Shown: positions 35,101 to 47,113 of the stretch, one piece after another | Layout of the letters: each line of letters opens with the position of its first letter | How positions within the stretch are numbered: the stretch's first letter is position 1 | Source: Balanoglossus misakiensis | Lineage: Eukaryota; Animalia; Hemichordata | Direction: 5' to 3' | Length of the DNA stretch: 64,000 nucleotides | Assembly (NCBI GenBank): GCA_040954595.2 | Contig: CM082577.2 | Coordinates: forward strand, 8,333,846-8,397,845 | Notes under the pieces: model-generated | Database searches by the model: none | The model's input: the letters and a program-made list of their open reading frames with translations, nothing else | Told to the model about the DNA's origin: nothing | Position numbers and translations under genes: made by a program

Positions 35101-37100
35101 GGTTATGGGTGGTATGCAGACAATTTTGATTTGTCTCACTCACTGTCTTGTTTGCTCAACTACCTGGCAGCCAATCTATCATATCATTGGTGTCTGCCCA
35201 TTTCTGTCCAGGGTCTCATGACCCTGAACAAAATGTTCCTATGCCCAAAAAAATGAAACAGGTGCACAATCAAATCCAATCAGCAGTTTTTTTCAGTTCC
35301 ACTTAAGCTTATATGAAATTCTCGTGGTTTTAGTTTTTGGAAAAATTCTAGTTATTTTTAAAATTTCTGGTTCATTTCTGTGCCGTGCGTGGTTAGGGAC
35401 ATTCTTGCACGCACACTCTTGTCTGTTCCTCAGCAACTGTCTCAGTTTAGGTAAACATAGCAACGTGAGAGTTTCTTGGTAAGATGAAATCACTAGCAGA
35501 AGATGAAATCATTAGCTGTTTCTACGAAAGAAAGATGTGCGACGTTCTATATGTAACAGCATTGGCTTGTTACAGCCAACTGTACCATGTGGTTAAATGT
35601 TGAATAGCGCCACCTAGTGGCCGACCAATAAAATTGCTACTGGTGAATGAGATCCCAATTTGCATATCTTAAGTGTGCCAGGTATCAGTTTTGTTAGTGC
35701 AGTTTTTGGTTCCAGCTATCAAATAACCATTGGACCCCACGTTTCTCATCATTTTTTTCAGATTCTTTTGTTTGTTTTTCACAAGAAATGTTATATAGCT
35801 TTCAGAATGGGAATGGGGTCCAGGAATCCTCAACCATGTTTATCTATACCATTCATTTGCAGTTCTTAGCTTTATAGACAACACCACATATTTCATTTTT
35901 TGCCATTGAAAATGCAAACTGTACTAGACTGTTGTTGAATTTCCAGGTATACAGTTTTGACTTTGGGTTTGGTTTGGATTTTCCCAAGAGGTCGTGACCT
36001 GAATCTCGTGAACGCGACGCCCAACCACGATCTTGCTATCAGCCCCCGTCTTGCAATGCAGTTCAGTCACAGACTCAAGTCTGATCACATTTCATTCTAC
36101 TTGGATAATAATTAACTAACAACATGAACTCCCAATTCAGTGAGCGGCCTTGGGGTTGCCACTGCCATTCTAGAAGACTTGAAAACAACTTTAGGACATC
36201 TAGGACAAACACATAAAACGTTTGTTAAAAGGGGGAATTTTTGAGGGCGGTGAATTGTTGCTATGGAGACAGGCACAAAGCTGGGTAAGGTTGGACTATT
36301 GTCGATGTTGTTTGTGAATGGTGCGCACCATCGCTATCATGTGTCTTACAAGCACATGTCATGATGCCTTTGAAAATCAATAAAAGGTTACCAAAGTAGT
36401 GAGGTCAGAATGAGCTTGCAATGGCCCCCAAAGAACTGCAGGTGGACTCCCTACCATACTGATCTTTTGTAAAAAAAAAATATTCGACCAACAGGGCGTT
36501 CTGTGGAATTTGGTCTAACTTGCAAATGACGTCACTGTTTTCAGCAGTGGTATTTGCGTTTTTGAAACCACTTCTTGTTTGCTTCAGTTGACGTATGCAC
36601 CTTGTCAAAAGGGGCATATTGAGTTAGTTTGAAGAGGCTTGCATTCAAACCAACTGACTAATTTTCATGTGACTGTTTTTTTTGTTCTTTTTTCAGCTCT
36701 CTCTGCAGATTGACAGCTTTGAGGGTGCATGGATGGAATTGGAGTAAGTGTTGTAGGCCAAATACCTGCATTGACAGTGGCCAGTCAGAGAGATGGATGG
36801 TGACAAGACCACAGTGGTCCGATAATAACGCACCAGTCTTGTAGTGTGCATTCCATTATACAGACATGCATGTACACAGAAATTTGAAAAATAAAAGACA
36901 TTTTATTACATTTTAGTGACCGTACTATGTGACTAGCCACTAGGCAGTGGTATCCAGGTGAAACTATACATGCTAACAAATCCAAGATGGCCGAGAATTT
37001 GAAACCTTTTATGGTCACTGCAGAGGGTAACTTTAGCTGTCAGTGAAGTGGGGCTTGGTGAAACATTATCCCACCGGTGTGTGACATGACATCAACAGCG
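32170..37100 (+). ncRNA. Putative spliced non-coding transcript (lncRNA or untranslated 5' exons); boundaries approximate
   Basis: CpG-rich first exon ending CAG|gtaagg at 32341; candidate 13-nt exon 32541-32553 (tttcattcag|...|gtgagt); candidate exon 36697-36743 with branch-like TGACTAAT, long T tract and |gtaagt. The block is CpG-depleted and G/T-skewed like a + strand gene body. No credible protein ORF. Confidence 0.4.
35605..35622 (-). promoter_or_regulatory. Strong CTCF consensus site
   Basis: TAGCGCCACCTAGTGGCC; the reverse complement GGCCACTAGGTGGCGCTA matches the CCASYAGRKGGCRS core exactly. Confidence 0.6.
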
Positions 37101-40100
37101 GAGTCCACCAGGGACCAAGTGCCATTTTCACATCGGTTAGGGAGCCCTCTTGCAGCAAGCAGTTTCAATTGAGACTGCTTGAATAGACGCTTTTTCGCCG
37201 TAAGGGTAATGATTAACATCCTTGCTACCCGCCAAAAGAAGGGAGAAAAAAATATGACAAAACCATTCCGAATACCTGGGTAACTAGCAACACAAGAAAA
37301 TAAAAACATGCGCTTCGAAATGTTTTGGATGTCGTAGACTGAAATTGTTCTAGTGCAAAGTCAATCAATCTGTCAGTGGTGAACAAGTGGTTTATAACGC
37401 GTGCTATTTGGTAAAGACCGTACCGTTAATGCGATGAACAGACCGTGAAAATCAGCGGGGTAAAAGACCGAGATAAGACCAAAACGAAACATACTTTGCG
37501 AGGTGTGCAAACCAAACGTGAGATTAATTTCAAAGTTGGCAAAACACTGCGGAGGAAAAGCCTGCTTAGCCCCGACGTACGTACTCGGGAGACGTTCCGT
37601 GGAGCGTGCATTGAAAAGGGCCTCGGCTTATTTGTAATCCCTTGTCGAGCTCCCGCTTTCAGCGTCAATTACAATCTGCGATAAGCGGGCACGCACGCGG
37701 CGACGGTTCAATCGGCCCGTGAATTCTAGACAGACAGATTAAAACGGGAGATAGGGCAACTACTGGTCTTGCAACTGAGCAACAACAAAAAACTCTGGGG
37801 ACAAGCACTGAGCCCGTCTCCAGCAGCTCCTGGGAATGTCAACTCCGCTCGCTTTGCACCGTCTCCGTTGCATAACCTTCTAACCGTAACGGTACCGAAG
37901 TTGCCGGGAAAAAAATTGACGCCTTCTATATCGATCGGAAAAATTTGCATACTATAGAGTGAAAAGCAGAGATTGATTTCACTGGAAAGGTTGCAAAAAT
38001 AAGACCAAGTACAGCAGAGCGTCCTTCGACCCCAGAGTTTCCCAGCAAACTGCCCCCAACCTTGAACTATAATAACGAAATCATACCTGAGACGCCGATC
38101 GTTGTCTATTCATCAACGAACTGACCACAACTTTCCAGGTAAACACGCTGCTGTGTGCCATAATGTGTTACGTTCCATGAAAACTCCCAGTAATTAATAA
38201 AGAAGATGTTTTCGGCGAGATATCACACGGCAATCTTGAACTAACGTAACTCCTATCATGTGCCGATAAGCTGGTATAAGGTTCCAACACAAACCGCGGC
38301 TTTGCTTGTTAGTTAAACATAACGTGATTAACAGTCGATAGACGTTTGGACAGCGCAGGTCTCGATAGCGTCATGACGACGCATAGAGGCGGGCAATTCA
38401 AAAAAAATTTCCCATGGCTTCCGCAAAATTGTCAGAACCTAGCGGTTTTTTAATATTTAAAATGTGTGAGTCTTGAAAAAGCAAGCACGTAAAAATTGCA
38501 TATTTCTGACCGTGAGTTAGTTGTTTTTTTAAAGATTTTTGTCCTGATCGTGTTGGCTGCAATCGAACTTTGGCTGGACAATCTATTCGTCCAGGTTACC
38601 GGCGCAGGGGCCAATTTTCACAATTTATGTCGGTTATCCATCAAAACGCAAAGAGCAAACAAACCAAGAAAACAACCCAGAGTTTATCAACAGACATTGC
38701 ATCGCACAGGAGCGCTGATTTCAAACACGGCGAAAAAAAACGAAAAAAAAAATTAACACGGTTTGAAAACTAAGAGTTCATAACCTGCAAACATTGGGTT
38801 GGACAGAAATATTTGCCAGGATTTTTGCAGACAGCGTTCTTACGTTGGACCCGAAGCATTATCGAGATACGGCAAGTCATTATCAGGCGGAGAGATTAAT
38901 AGGTGCCCGGTGGACCGAACTGCGTTCACGCTAGTTGCATATGAAACCTTGCATAACGCGGCGAACCATATGGCCGTAAACACTGTCCGCCGGTGTGCAA
39001 ACCTTCACCCGTTGACACATTAGGCCCAATACACGCGTGTGAGGAGTTTGCCAAACAATACACCGTGAAACACATTTGCCGTCCCCGATGCTATGCGCAC
39101 GTCCGAAGTCTTGTGCAATGGATGCCGGGGACACATATCTGTACGTGGTGGCTGCGAAGCCGGAGAGAAAAAAAAATCAGAAACTCACCTTTAAAGCATT
39201 GACGGAACATATTTGTCGCGTCCACAGGTTATAATATGGTGTCGAGTGTGGGGTGGAGTGGAATTTTTCGACTGACAGTACCGCGTACACTTGGACTCAT
39301 TTCTTAAGTTCCGTCATTTGATGTGGCTGTTCTCACCTCTGACAACATTTGGATACCGAGTTTGAATCTCGCGCCCATTCTATTTAGTATTTCTGGCCCA
39401 TGTCGTCATCGCAGTCACGTGATACAATAAAATACCTGAGTTGCCAAGGGAAGCCAGTCGTAGACCCCAGGCGATTCACCTCGCCGCAATGCATAATGGT
39501 GTGGGCGAACAATGGGGGCAGTTCCACACCCACATCACCTTGACAACTGTCCAACACGTCGTGACACGCACCGGCTACCTGTGTGCTCCTGCCACCGTAT
39601 TGGCGGAAAACGGCACCAACATCGGGAACTGGCGCAAAGTTTGAAAATAAAATATTCCACCTACCACGTGTGCAACGCTGTTATCAAAGTTGACTGCATG
39701 CGTGCACCCGTGAGGAACACTATACACGGCAGTCGCAACCACGTACGTACAAGTTGGGTGGAAATACTGTATTTGTCGCTATTGAAGTTACCCCTCGTGG
39801 ATAGTCAGACAGAAAATTTAATATAATCTGGTCTGGTGCCAACGTGTGGACAGCCATATGGTTAAACCACCTGTTGAATGTGCTTACATTTACTTCTATG
39901 TAGATTTGATGTCGTGGCACCACTTTTCCAATTTTTCTCATTCTAGAAATTATTGAGTCGATTTTTTTTTAGATATCCGACAATCCAGTGCGTGTCGTAT
40001 TGTTTGGACAGTACGGTAACACGGGGGAGTTGCCTATAGTAGGCAAAGCAAAGCTTGGTGCCTGCGCCCGAACATTGACAAAGGAGTATTGAATAATTTA

Positions 40101-42973
40101 TGGAGACTCACTTGACCCTGCTCTGCTGCCGCTTATTATTCTCTTGTTCAGAACGATTGACGCTTTCGCCAGTTCAACCAAACAGGTGAATTAACACCCC
40201 TTTTTGAGGGGAAAACAGAAGAATAAAAATGATTTCGGTCTGTTTCGTGGCTGGGAACTGTGTCAGAGAAGCACAACGGTCGCGTTGGGTAAACTTACGC
40301 CTCCGTCCCTTTTTTGCATCAGTAATTACCGTGGCAGATGAAGAAAGCTAACTAAAAACAAACACTACTAACACAAACATTGTTTGTCGGTTCTGGTATG
40401 TCGTGTCGTGAGTAAACCGGGGAAGTATGTGGTTTTCGTTCTAAATCTGTCCATGACAGGTACGAATAGAGTGACTGAAACTAAAAAGGCGATGGCCAAC
40501 AAAAATTGTAACGAGGGACAATAATTTAAGAAGAACCCGGGCGTCCCGTTCTGCAGATTTTTTATTGCCACAGATATGTGTGTTCCCGCCCTTATAGAAC
40601 CGACTCAACGGGTGCGGGGTACGTAAACCTGCAGGACAATCGTCCAACGGCGATTTCCGTACCCTGGAAGAGTCCAGAGTTTGATGATGTCATCTTCGGT
40701 TACTACCGTTAGATTACATGGTCACGATGGGGTCATTTCTTTGATAGGTCTACGTGCAACCCATCTAGTCATCAGTCTTGTTTTGAAGAGAGAGAAAAAA
40801 AAACATGCATTCCTGTGATCATCCCAGCCGATTGTTTGGACAGTTTGCGACCACAAAGTCCGGCATGTATCGGTGCATATTATATTATATCACAAACTGG
40901 AATGGCGATCGGACTCCCGGGTAGACCTGTGGAATCACGTGATGTGGAACGATGGGCAAAACATCATTCACCTGTTGGCATAACACCAAATCAGTCAATC
41001 GTCACGGAGATAACTCGTTCCCTGTCATGGATAACTTCCAAAATTGACTCATTCAGGTTCGCCGAAGTGTTTCGGGAAAAAAGAAAGCATTTGGCAAAAT
41101 TTTAGATTAAATTTCGAGATACAATTTCAGGTGCGTTCTGCATATTTTGAAGTGGATGCATGCATGCACTGGCACTTCACGGTCTGCGCAGAACTTCACT
41201 TGGTCGTTTGCAGTTTCAACAGAATTTGCTTTCAGGGCGGCGCATGGCCGGCAGCACTTCTTTGCCGTCCCTGGCTCTGACGTCACGGGAGAATTCGGCA
41301 ATTTGAAACCTTAGTCTATTATAATATGCTTTATCATATGAATAGGTACTTCACCGGGCCGTTTCTTCTGTGGTGCCGAGTCGCGCCGATACGACCAGCA
41401 GCGGCCGAAACAAGCGCCTTCCTCGCACCTCCCTGGCTGCAGACGAGACAAGTCGCCTGTTGCCAGTGAAAACGGTGACGTCTATTTACAGACGACCCTC
41501 TCTTTGTATACAGCGTCAAGCAAGCGATTAGCCACAAATTCCAAATTCGCACTTGCAGTTGCAAGCATTTTAATTGGTGTAAAATTTGCTCATGATAGAC
41601 GCGAGACGAATTAACCCCGCCATATGCACTGCACATAGGCTCGCGGCCCATACTTCTGGCAGCTCTACCCTATGTGAACAAGGACAATGATATCCTTTCA
41701 AAGCAAGTTTATCTACAAACATATTGAACTATACATATCCATGACTGGTTTTCCCAGGGGCTCCGAGTTTCTAAGTCGAGAAATGTATGCATCTGACGTT
41801 CTTTCCCAGCCGGACACTGGTGAAACTGTCATTTGCAGAGCGATGAAAATAAATGTGTTTGAATACAAATGTTAAGGAACCGTTCCCGGTTGCTAAGCTA
41901 GAAGCGATACAAAGACGGGACGGTATAGATGTGTCTATCTGACAGTAAATTATGCGGGAAGACCCCGATAAATCGGTCAAGGTTTGCTCCTGTTTATGAT
42001 GCGCAGTGAAAGGGAGGGGCGATGGTTTGAGCATGTCCCACTGAAAAGCCTGAACAAACGTCGATTTATCTACACACGTGGATGGACTGGGTGAATAGTT
42101 AACGGTTAGGGCTTGAATGGCGCATAGTGTGGGAAAGAAGACACAGAAAACGTTTGGCCTTGTTTCGGCTTCATTTATTTTTTGATTGATAATTGTAGCT
42201 AGATAAAATCTTCCCTGACGTCTTCTACAAACCGATGCTCGCCACGGCAACGGGCCACAAAGGCGTATCAAAGAAGCGATTCGATTTAATATACAATATA
42301 TATACATAATGTCACGTTGGTGGTAGCTGGACCGTCCTTTGAAGGTTGGTTGCACAGTTCCTTTTGCTTCTTAACCTCAAACATAAAAAGCCTGCGTAAA
42401 TATTTACGACGGTTCCCAGTAGAGCTTGACAGAAAAGTCGCACGCCCTGTCAACTAACGGTGCGGTGCGTCCATCAAGCACCAAGACACCGTTATAGGCC
42501 TACACTATACCAGTGATGAGACGTCGGGCGTTATCTCTTTGGAGAGAGCGAGTGATTCATAAACGCGGCGTTATTCACATGATCGGTCGCAAATAAACCA
42601 TAAACCCTTTCCATTCATCATGCTCGTTCAGACATTTAATTAAAAACTATATATCATACATAATTGTCCTCGATTATTCTTGCAGTTCGGGCGCCGACTT
42701 TGGGAACGTGCGCCGTTTTCGGCTCTTCGTTTCACGTCGATCCCGGATACCTCTTCCCACAGTGCAATTTGGACGCAGGCGGGGGGTAGGGGTGGAACCA
42801 GACTCTCTTTCTGTTCTGGTGAATCCCAACCACAGTCCCTCTATCAGAGAGGGACTGTCATCCCAACCAAGCCCACTATCACGACTTAATCGATATCCAA
42901 TTCATCGCTAAAACGGACTCGAAGTTTTATCGACCACTTTATGTCCTGCGCCGTATCCACACAAGGCCACCCC

Positions 42974-42986
42974 AATAAACTTTATT
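42974..42986. terminator. Polyadenylation hexamer on both strands (AATAAACTTTATT) next to the FLCN stop codon
   Basis: Minus-strand AATAAA (42986-42981) is 14 nt past the FLCN TGA; plus-strand AATAAA at 42974-42979. Confidence 0.45.
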
Positions 42987-43000
42987 CCCCCCTCCCCTAT

Positions 43001-46000
43001 TCACACAGCGCTGGGCGAAGTGGATTCTAACGACGACGTCAACAGATGAGACCGGTGCTGGGCGCTGAGTCCCGTAATCCAAAATTTCAGCATCTGTTCG
43101 TCTTCTTCTTTCGCCCCCAACACCTTCAGCAGACGATCGGTGTCCTCTTTGCTGGCGGTGCCGGCTTTCGAGAACTTGAACAACACTTTCACCTTACTGT
43201 GGATACAACAAAACAAGCAGAGTTTAGTTAAAATAATCGACTGATTCTCTCGGGGTTCATTGAAGCTTAATTTTACTAGCCTCGTTTCTTTACTACCAAT
43301 GGTCCGTTTTACTGCTGTTCTTCACAGTACAATATGGTTTAGAGAAGTTTACGAGAGCAGTCTGCCGACCGAACGCAGCCCGCCCTTTGATTTTAAAGCG
43401 CCGAATCAAACTGCAATAACAATTCAACAGATACAACCCCCACTCAGGGATTACAACCTATCCTTCCTTTCTTATTTTATTTCTGTCTGACTGAAAGATG
43501 ACATTAGCTACAATTTTATTGCACCTGTTTGCGCATAATAAACCGGACCATGCAAACGATATCCATCGACCGAGCTGAGGACAAAAGTTTTTCGTTAATC
43601 GGAACTCGCTCGCTCTTTGAAGAAGCCGACAGTCTTCCGAATGGGTTTATAGTCCTTTTTGTTCTTTACAGCCAGGGTTAACACACTAATTGGTTACAAA
43701 TAGAGTTCAATTCTGTGCCGTGGCCCTAAGCAGCCCCCTGGGACGTCTCTTCTTTTAAGACCCAATTCCGAATTTCTAACACCCGGGCACTAATATCTGA
43801 TGGTGATGATTTTAATGCACATTTCAAAGTCTTTACAACACCCCGCATTAAAAGACGGTACTGTATGAAGTTTTGCGAGTATCTGACGAAACTCCCCTTT
43901 ACGAGATTCGAACATTATTTTATGTGAAGTTCAATTTTGTCTGAATGTTTTATTGTTCGCCACCGCTTAAAGCAGATGATTTTAATTCGGCTCCAAGCGG
44001 CATATAGATCGCACAGGCCAAACCACCCGTGGCATTTCAACATTACACGGTGTCGCAAAGTAGCTAGCCGTCTTAATCCCGTTAAAGGTACCGACGCGGC
44101 CCCTGTGTTATTACGGTTAAACCCGGACACTTCAACACGGACATCGCATCAAAACACAAGTGATCCCCTCTCGAACAACCGGCGATTACGCCAAATAACC
44201 CAACGACCGCCACATATGCATAGTTTCCTCAAATTTAATCAAATCGGGATTTAGAAAGACAGGGAAGGCTTTTCAGGCGCTGGATTTAGAAACGCCGGTT
44301 AAAATTGAAAAATACCTCTTTGCTAAACAACGAAAAACTAGCATGCCTTACTAGAAACCAATCTTTGGCCGGGTGGCTACATTATTTTTCACTTAAAAAT
44401 GGACGGACCAAAAAAGAACATTTTCCGAAATACAGAGAATGATTTTTACTTCTCCTGAAAGACATTCAAGTAGTCCGACAGGCGATCTAAAGTTATTATG
44501 ACTGAAACTGCGGATGACTATATAAATACTACAGAACATGACATAGTATAAGAAATTAAAAAAGAAATATCAAATACCACATTTCATGTCGAAAATCGAA
44601 ACAAAAATACTGGGTACACACCATATGGCGAAATACAGTTTTGTGCTGAAGAAACTGTTCACACCTATTTTTTTTCAATATTTATTTCATACAGTGGAAT
44701 ACAGTTTTATGCTAAAGAGGTGGCTTTCTTCTCCAACTGTTCACGTTTCCATAGTGACAATCAGGCCTTACGTATTGGGTCACTTGACATGTACTCTATC
44801 ACCGTGGCAACATGCGAGAAGTTCCACGCCGGTTTTGAAGTGGAGAGAATTAAAGGCTTCGGGTAGCCAAAAAGCAAGTTTGTTTTTAGAATGGTCCCAC
44901 TGCGTAGATACTCTGGATTTTAATATCGTGTAACTCCATCAAATGTAATGCTATGGTAATCCAAGTAGGGCTCAGTGGGACGGACACGTCAGTCTTGGGA
45001 CCGAAATGGTCGGAACGTGCGGCATATTTACACAGGTGGTCCCGGACAATTTTTTTCCCCTCGTCACCGGACACAAGTATCACTACCTGCCATCTTACCT
45101 GCCACTATCTCAAGTCTTTCCATATGTGGAAAACACAACCTGGATTAACAATTTACCAACACACAGCTCATTAATTGATAGACTCCCAAAGCCTATGAGC
45201 TTTTACACACAATTTTACTGATGATTTTTTTCACATTATGATAAGAATCATGAACGATAAAGATTGGCTTCCTGCAAACCCGATAAAAATTGACACAATT
45301 CTGAAATTATGACATGTGGCAGAGACACGCCCCAGCTTATAAATTCTGATATAATACAGATAGGATATTCGCCCTGTTTACTTTATATTACAAGGAATAT
45401 GTATAGTTTTTAATAAAAAATTGCAATAAATCATTAGGCAACTGTTTTGCGCGCGGCTTAGATTCTGTATGGCATTGCTGAGTGTGCAGTCAATACCAGA
45501 GCAAATCCTAAATCCTACGATTTATTTCACTTTTCATGTTCGAGTGCGGACAATAGTTGAATATTCCTTGGTACAGAGAGATAGGCATGGCCATAATTTC
45601 TCATCAGAACTGACATTCATTCACCGACAAAATGAGCAAAGTGCTGAGCATATGTACGCCATATAAGTCTACTCTGACTTTAATTCTAATTCTGTAGTCA
45701 CCATGTAGCGGAGGTTTCACACATTAAAAAAAAAAACACTGGCATTTTTTCCGTGACAGGTGTGTGTTTATGGACATTCCACTACTTCCAAACGGCTGAA
45801 CATCCACTGCCGGTGTCATTCCCAGCGTCAATGTGGATTCTATCGGACACTTAAGGAATGCCGGATCCACGTTCCCACCTTGCGAAAAATCAACAAACAC
45901 GGAAGTGCTGATTTTATCATAAATATCACACACCACACACACTCCCAACAACAACACAACACAGTTCAGTGTGTCAATATTATAAAACCATTTTCATGCT

Positions 46001-47080
46001 ACAGATGTTTTCCACACCATGCACCTGAATCGAGCAAACTTGCCAATTGTGGAATTTTTGTCGGTAGTATTTAGGGAACCCGTGGAGGACAACACAACAA
46101 TTATAATACTGGCTGACTTGCATCCTGGAACTCGCACATTTTTGATCCGAGTTTTTAATTAAATTTTTCAGATCTGGATTTTATCTACCAGATCTGATGT
46201 GTGTTTAGCCTTACACAGAATATGAACAGGTGTGTGTGTGTGTGTGTGTGTGTAAATGCCGGGATGAAATATTTCCTGTGATGGATGAAGTGGGGAGATA
46301 TGCAGGGAGCTATTTGCTCCATTAAAACAGGATATTTACTTTATTGAAAAGACTGCAGAATATAAAAAATATCTTAGCACCGATAAAATCTTAATTCAAC
46401 AGTCATGTCATGCTATTTGAAATTTAGTGAATATTTCACATGATGCAGTCAAAATAAATAACTGAAGAGCACGGAATGTTTAATATCATTTTTTATGTGT
46501 CCTGAAATAAATGATTTATAGAGCAAAAGAATAAAAAAAAAACATGATGCAAAAATTTTAAAAAACATGTGCTGCTCTTAAAATTCAAAATAATCAAGGG
46601 CAATTTCACAGTAGGAAACTCAAAGTTAACCCATCTGGAAAAAAAGACAATCATCTCTTGTACCGTCATGTCACTCAAGTTTGGAACAAAATGTGAGTGT
46701 GATTTCATTTATACATCAAGTTTTATTAATTGTATTTCATCTCTGAACCGTCGCCAACATATTATAACCCCATGGTATTAGATCGGTCGAGTTGTCAAGA
46801 CTGAAAAGTCTGTCACATGACTTAGCAATCAACAGGTTGTGAGGATCGACCACTACACTCTATACTTACTTCATCCATTCTTCTTTCAACGCCACCAAGA
46901 ATGCATGGACAACTGATTCGGTCAGGCTGTGATTGGACAATGCCAGGTCTATTCTGCATAATATGGCTGGAGCTGAAACACAAACAAACACACACATTGC
47001 ATCATTTGCATAAAATGTCAGTTAGGATTTCGAATTTGAACTTGAACTCATTGTAAGTTCACCAGCACACTTGAAGCTGG

Positions 47081-47113
<33 letters not shown>

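Noticed and set aside
41771-42355. 194-aa minus-strand ORF
   Set aside because: Non-ATG start, random-looking composition, no motifs or exon context.
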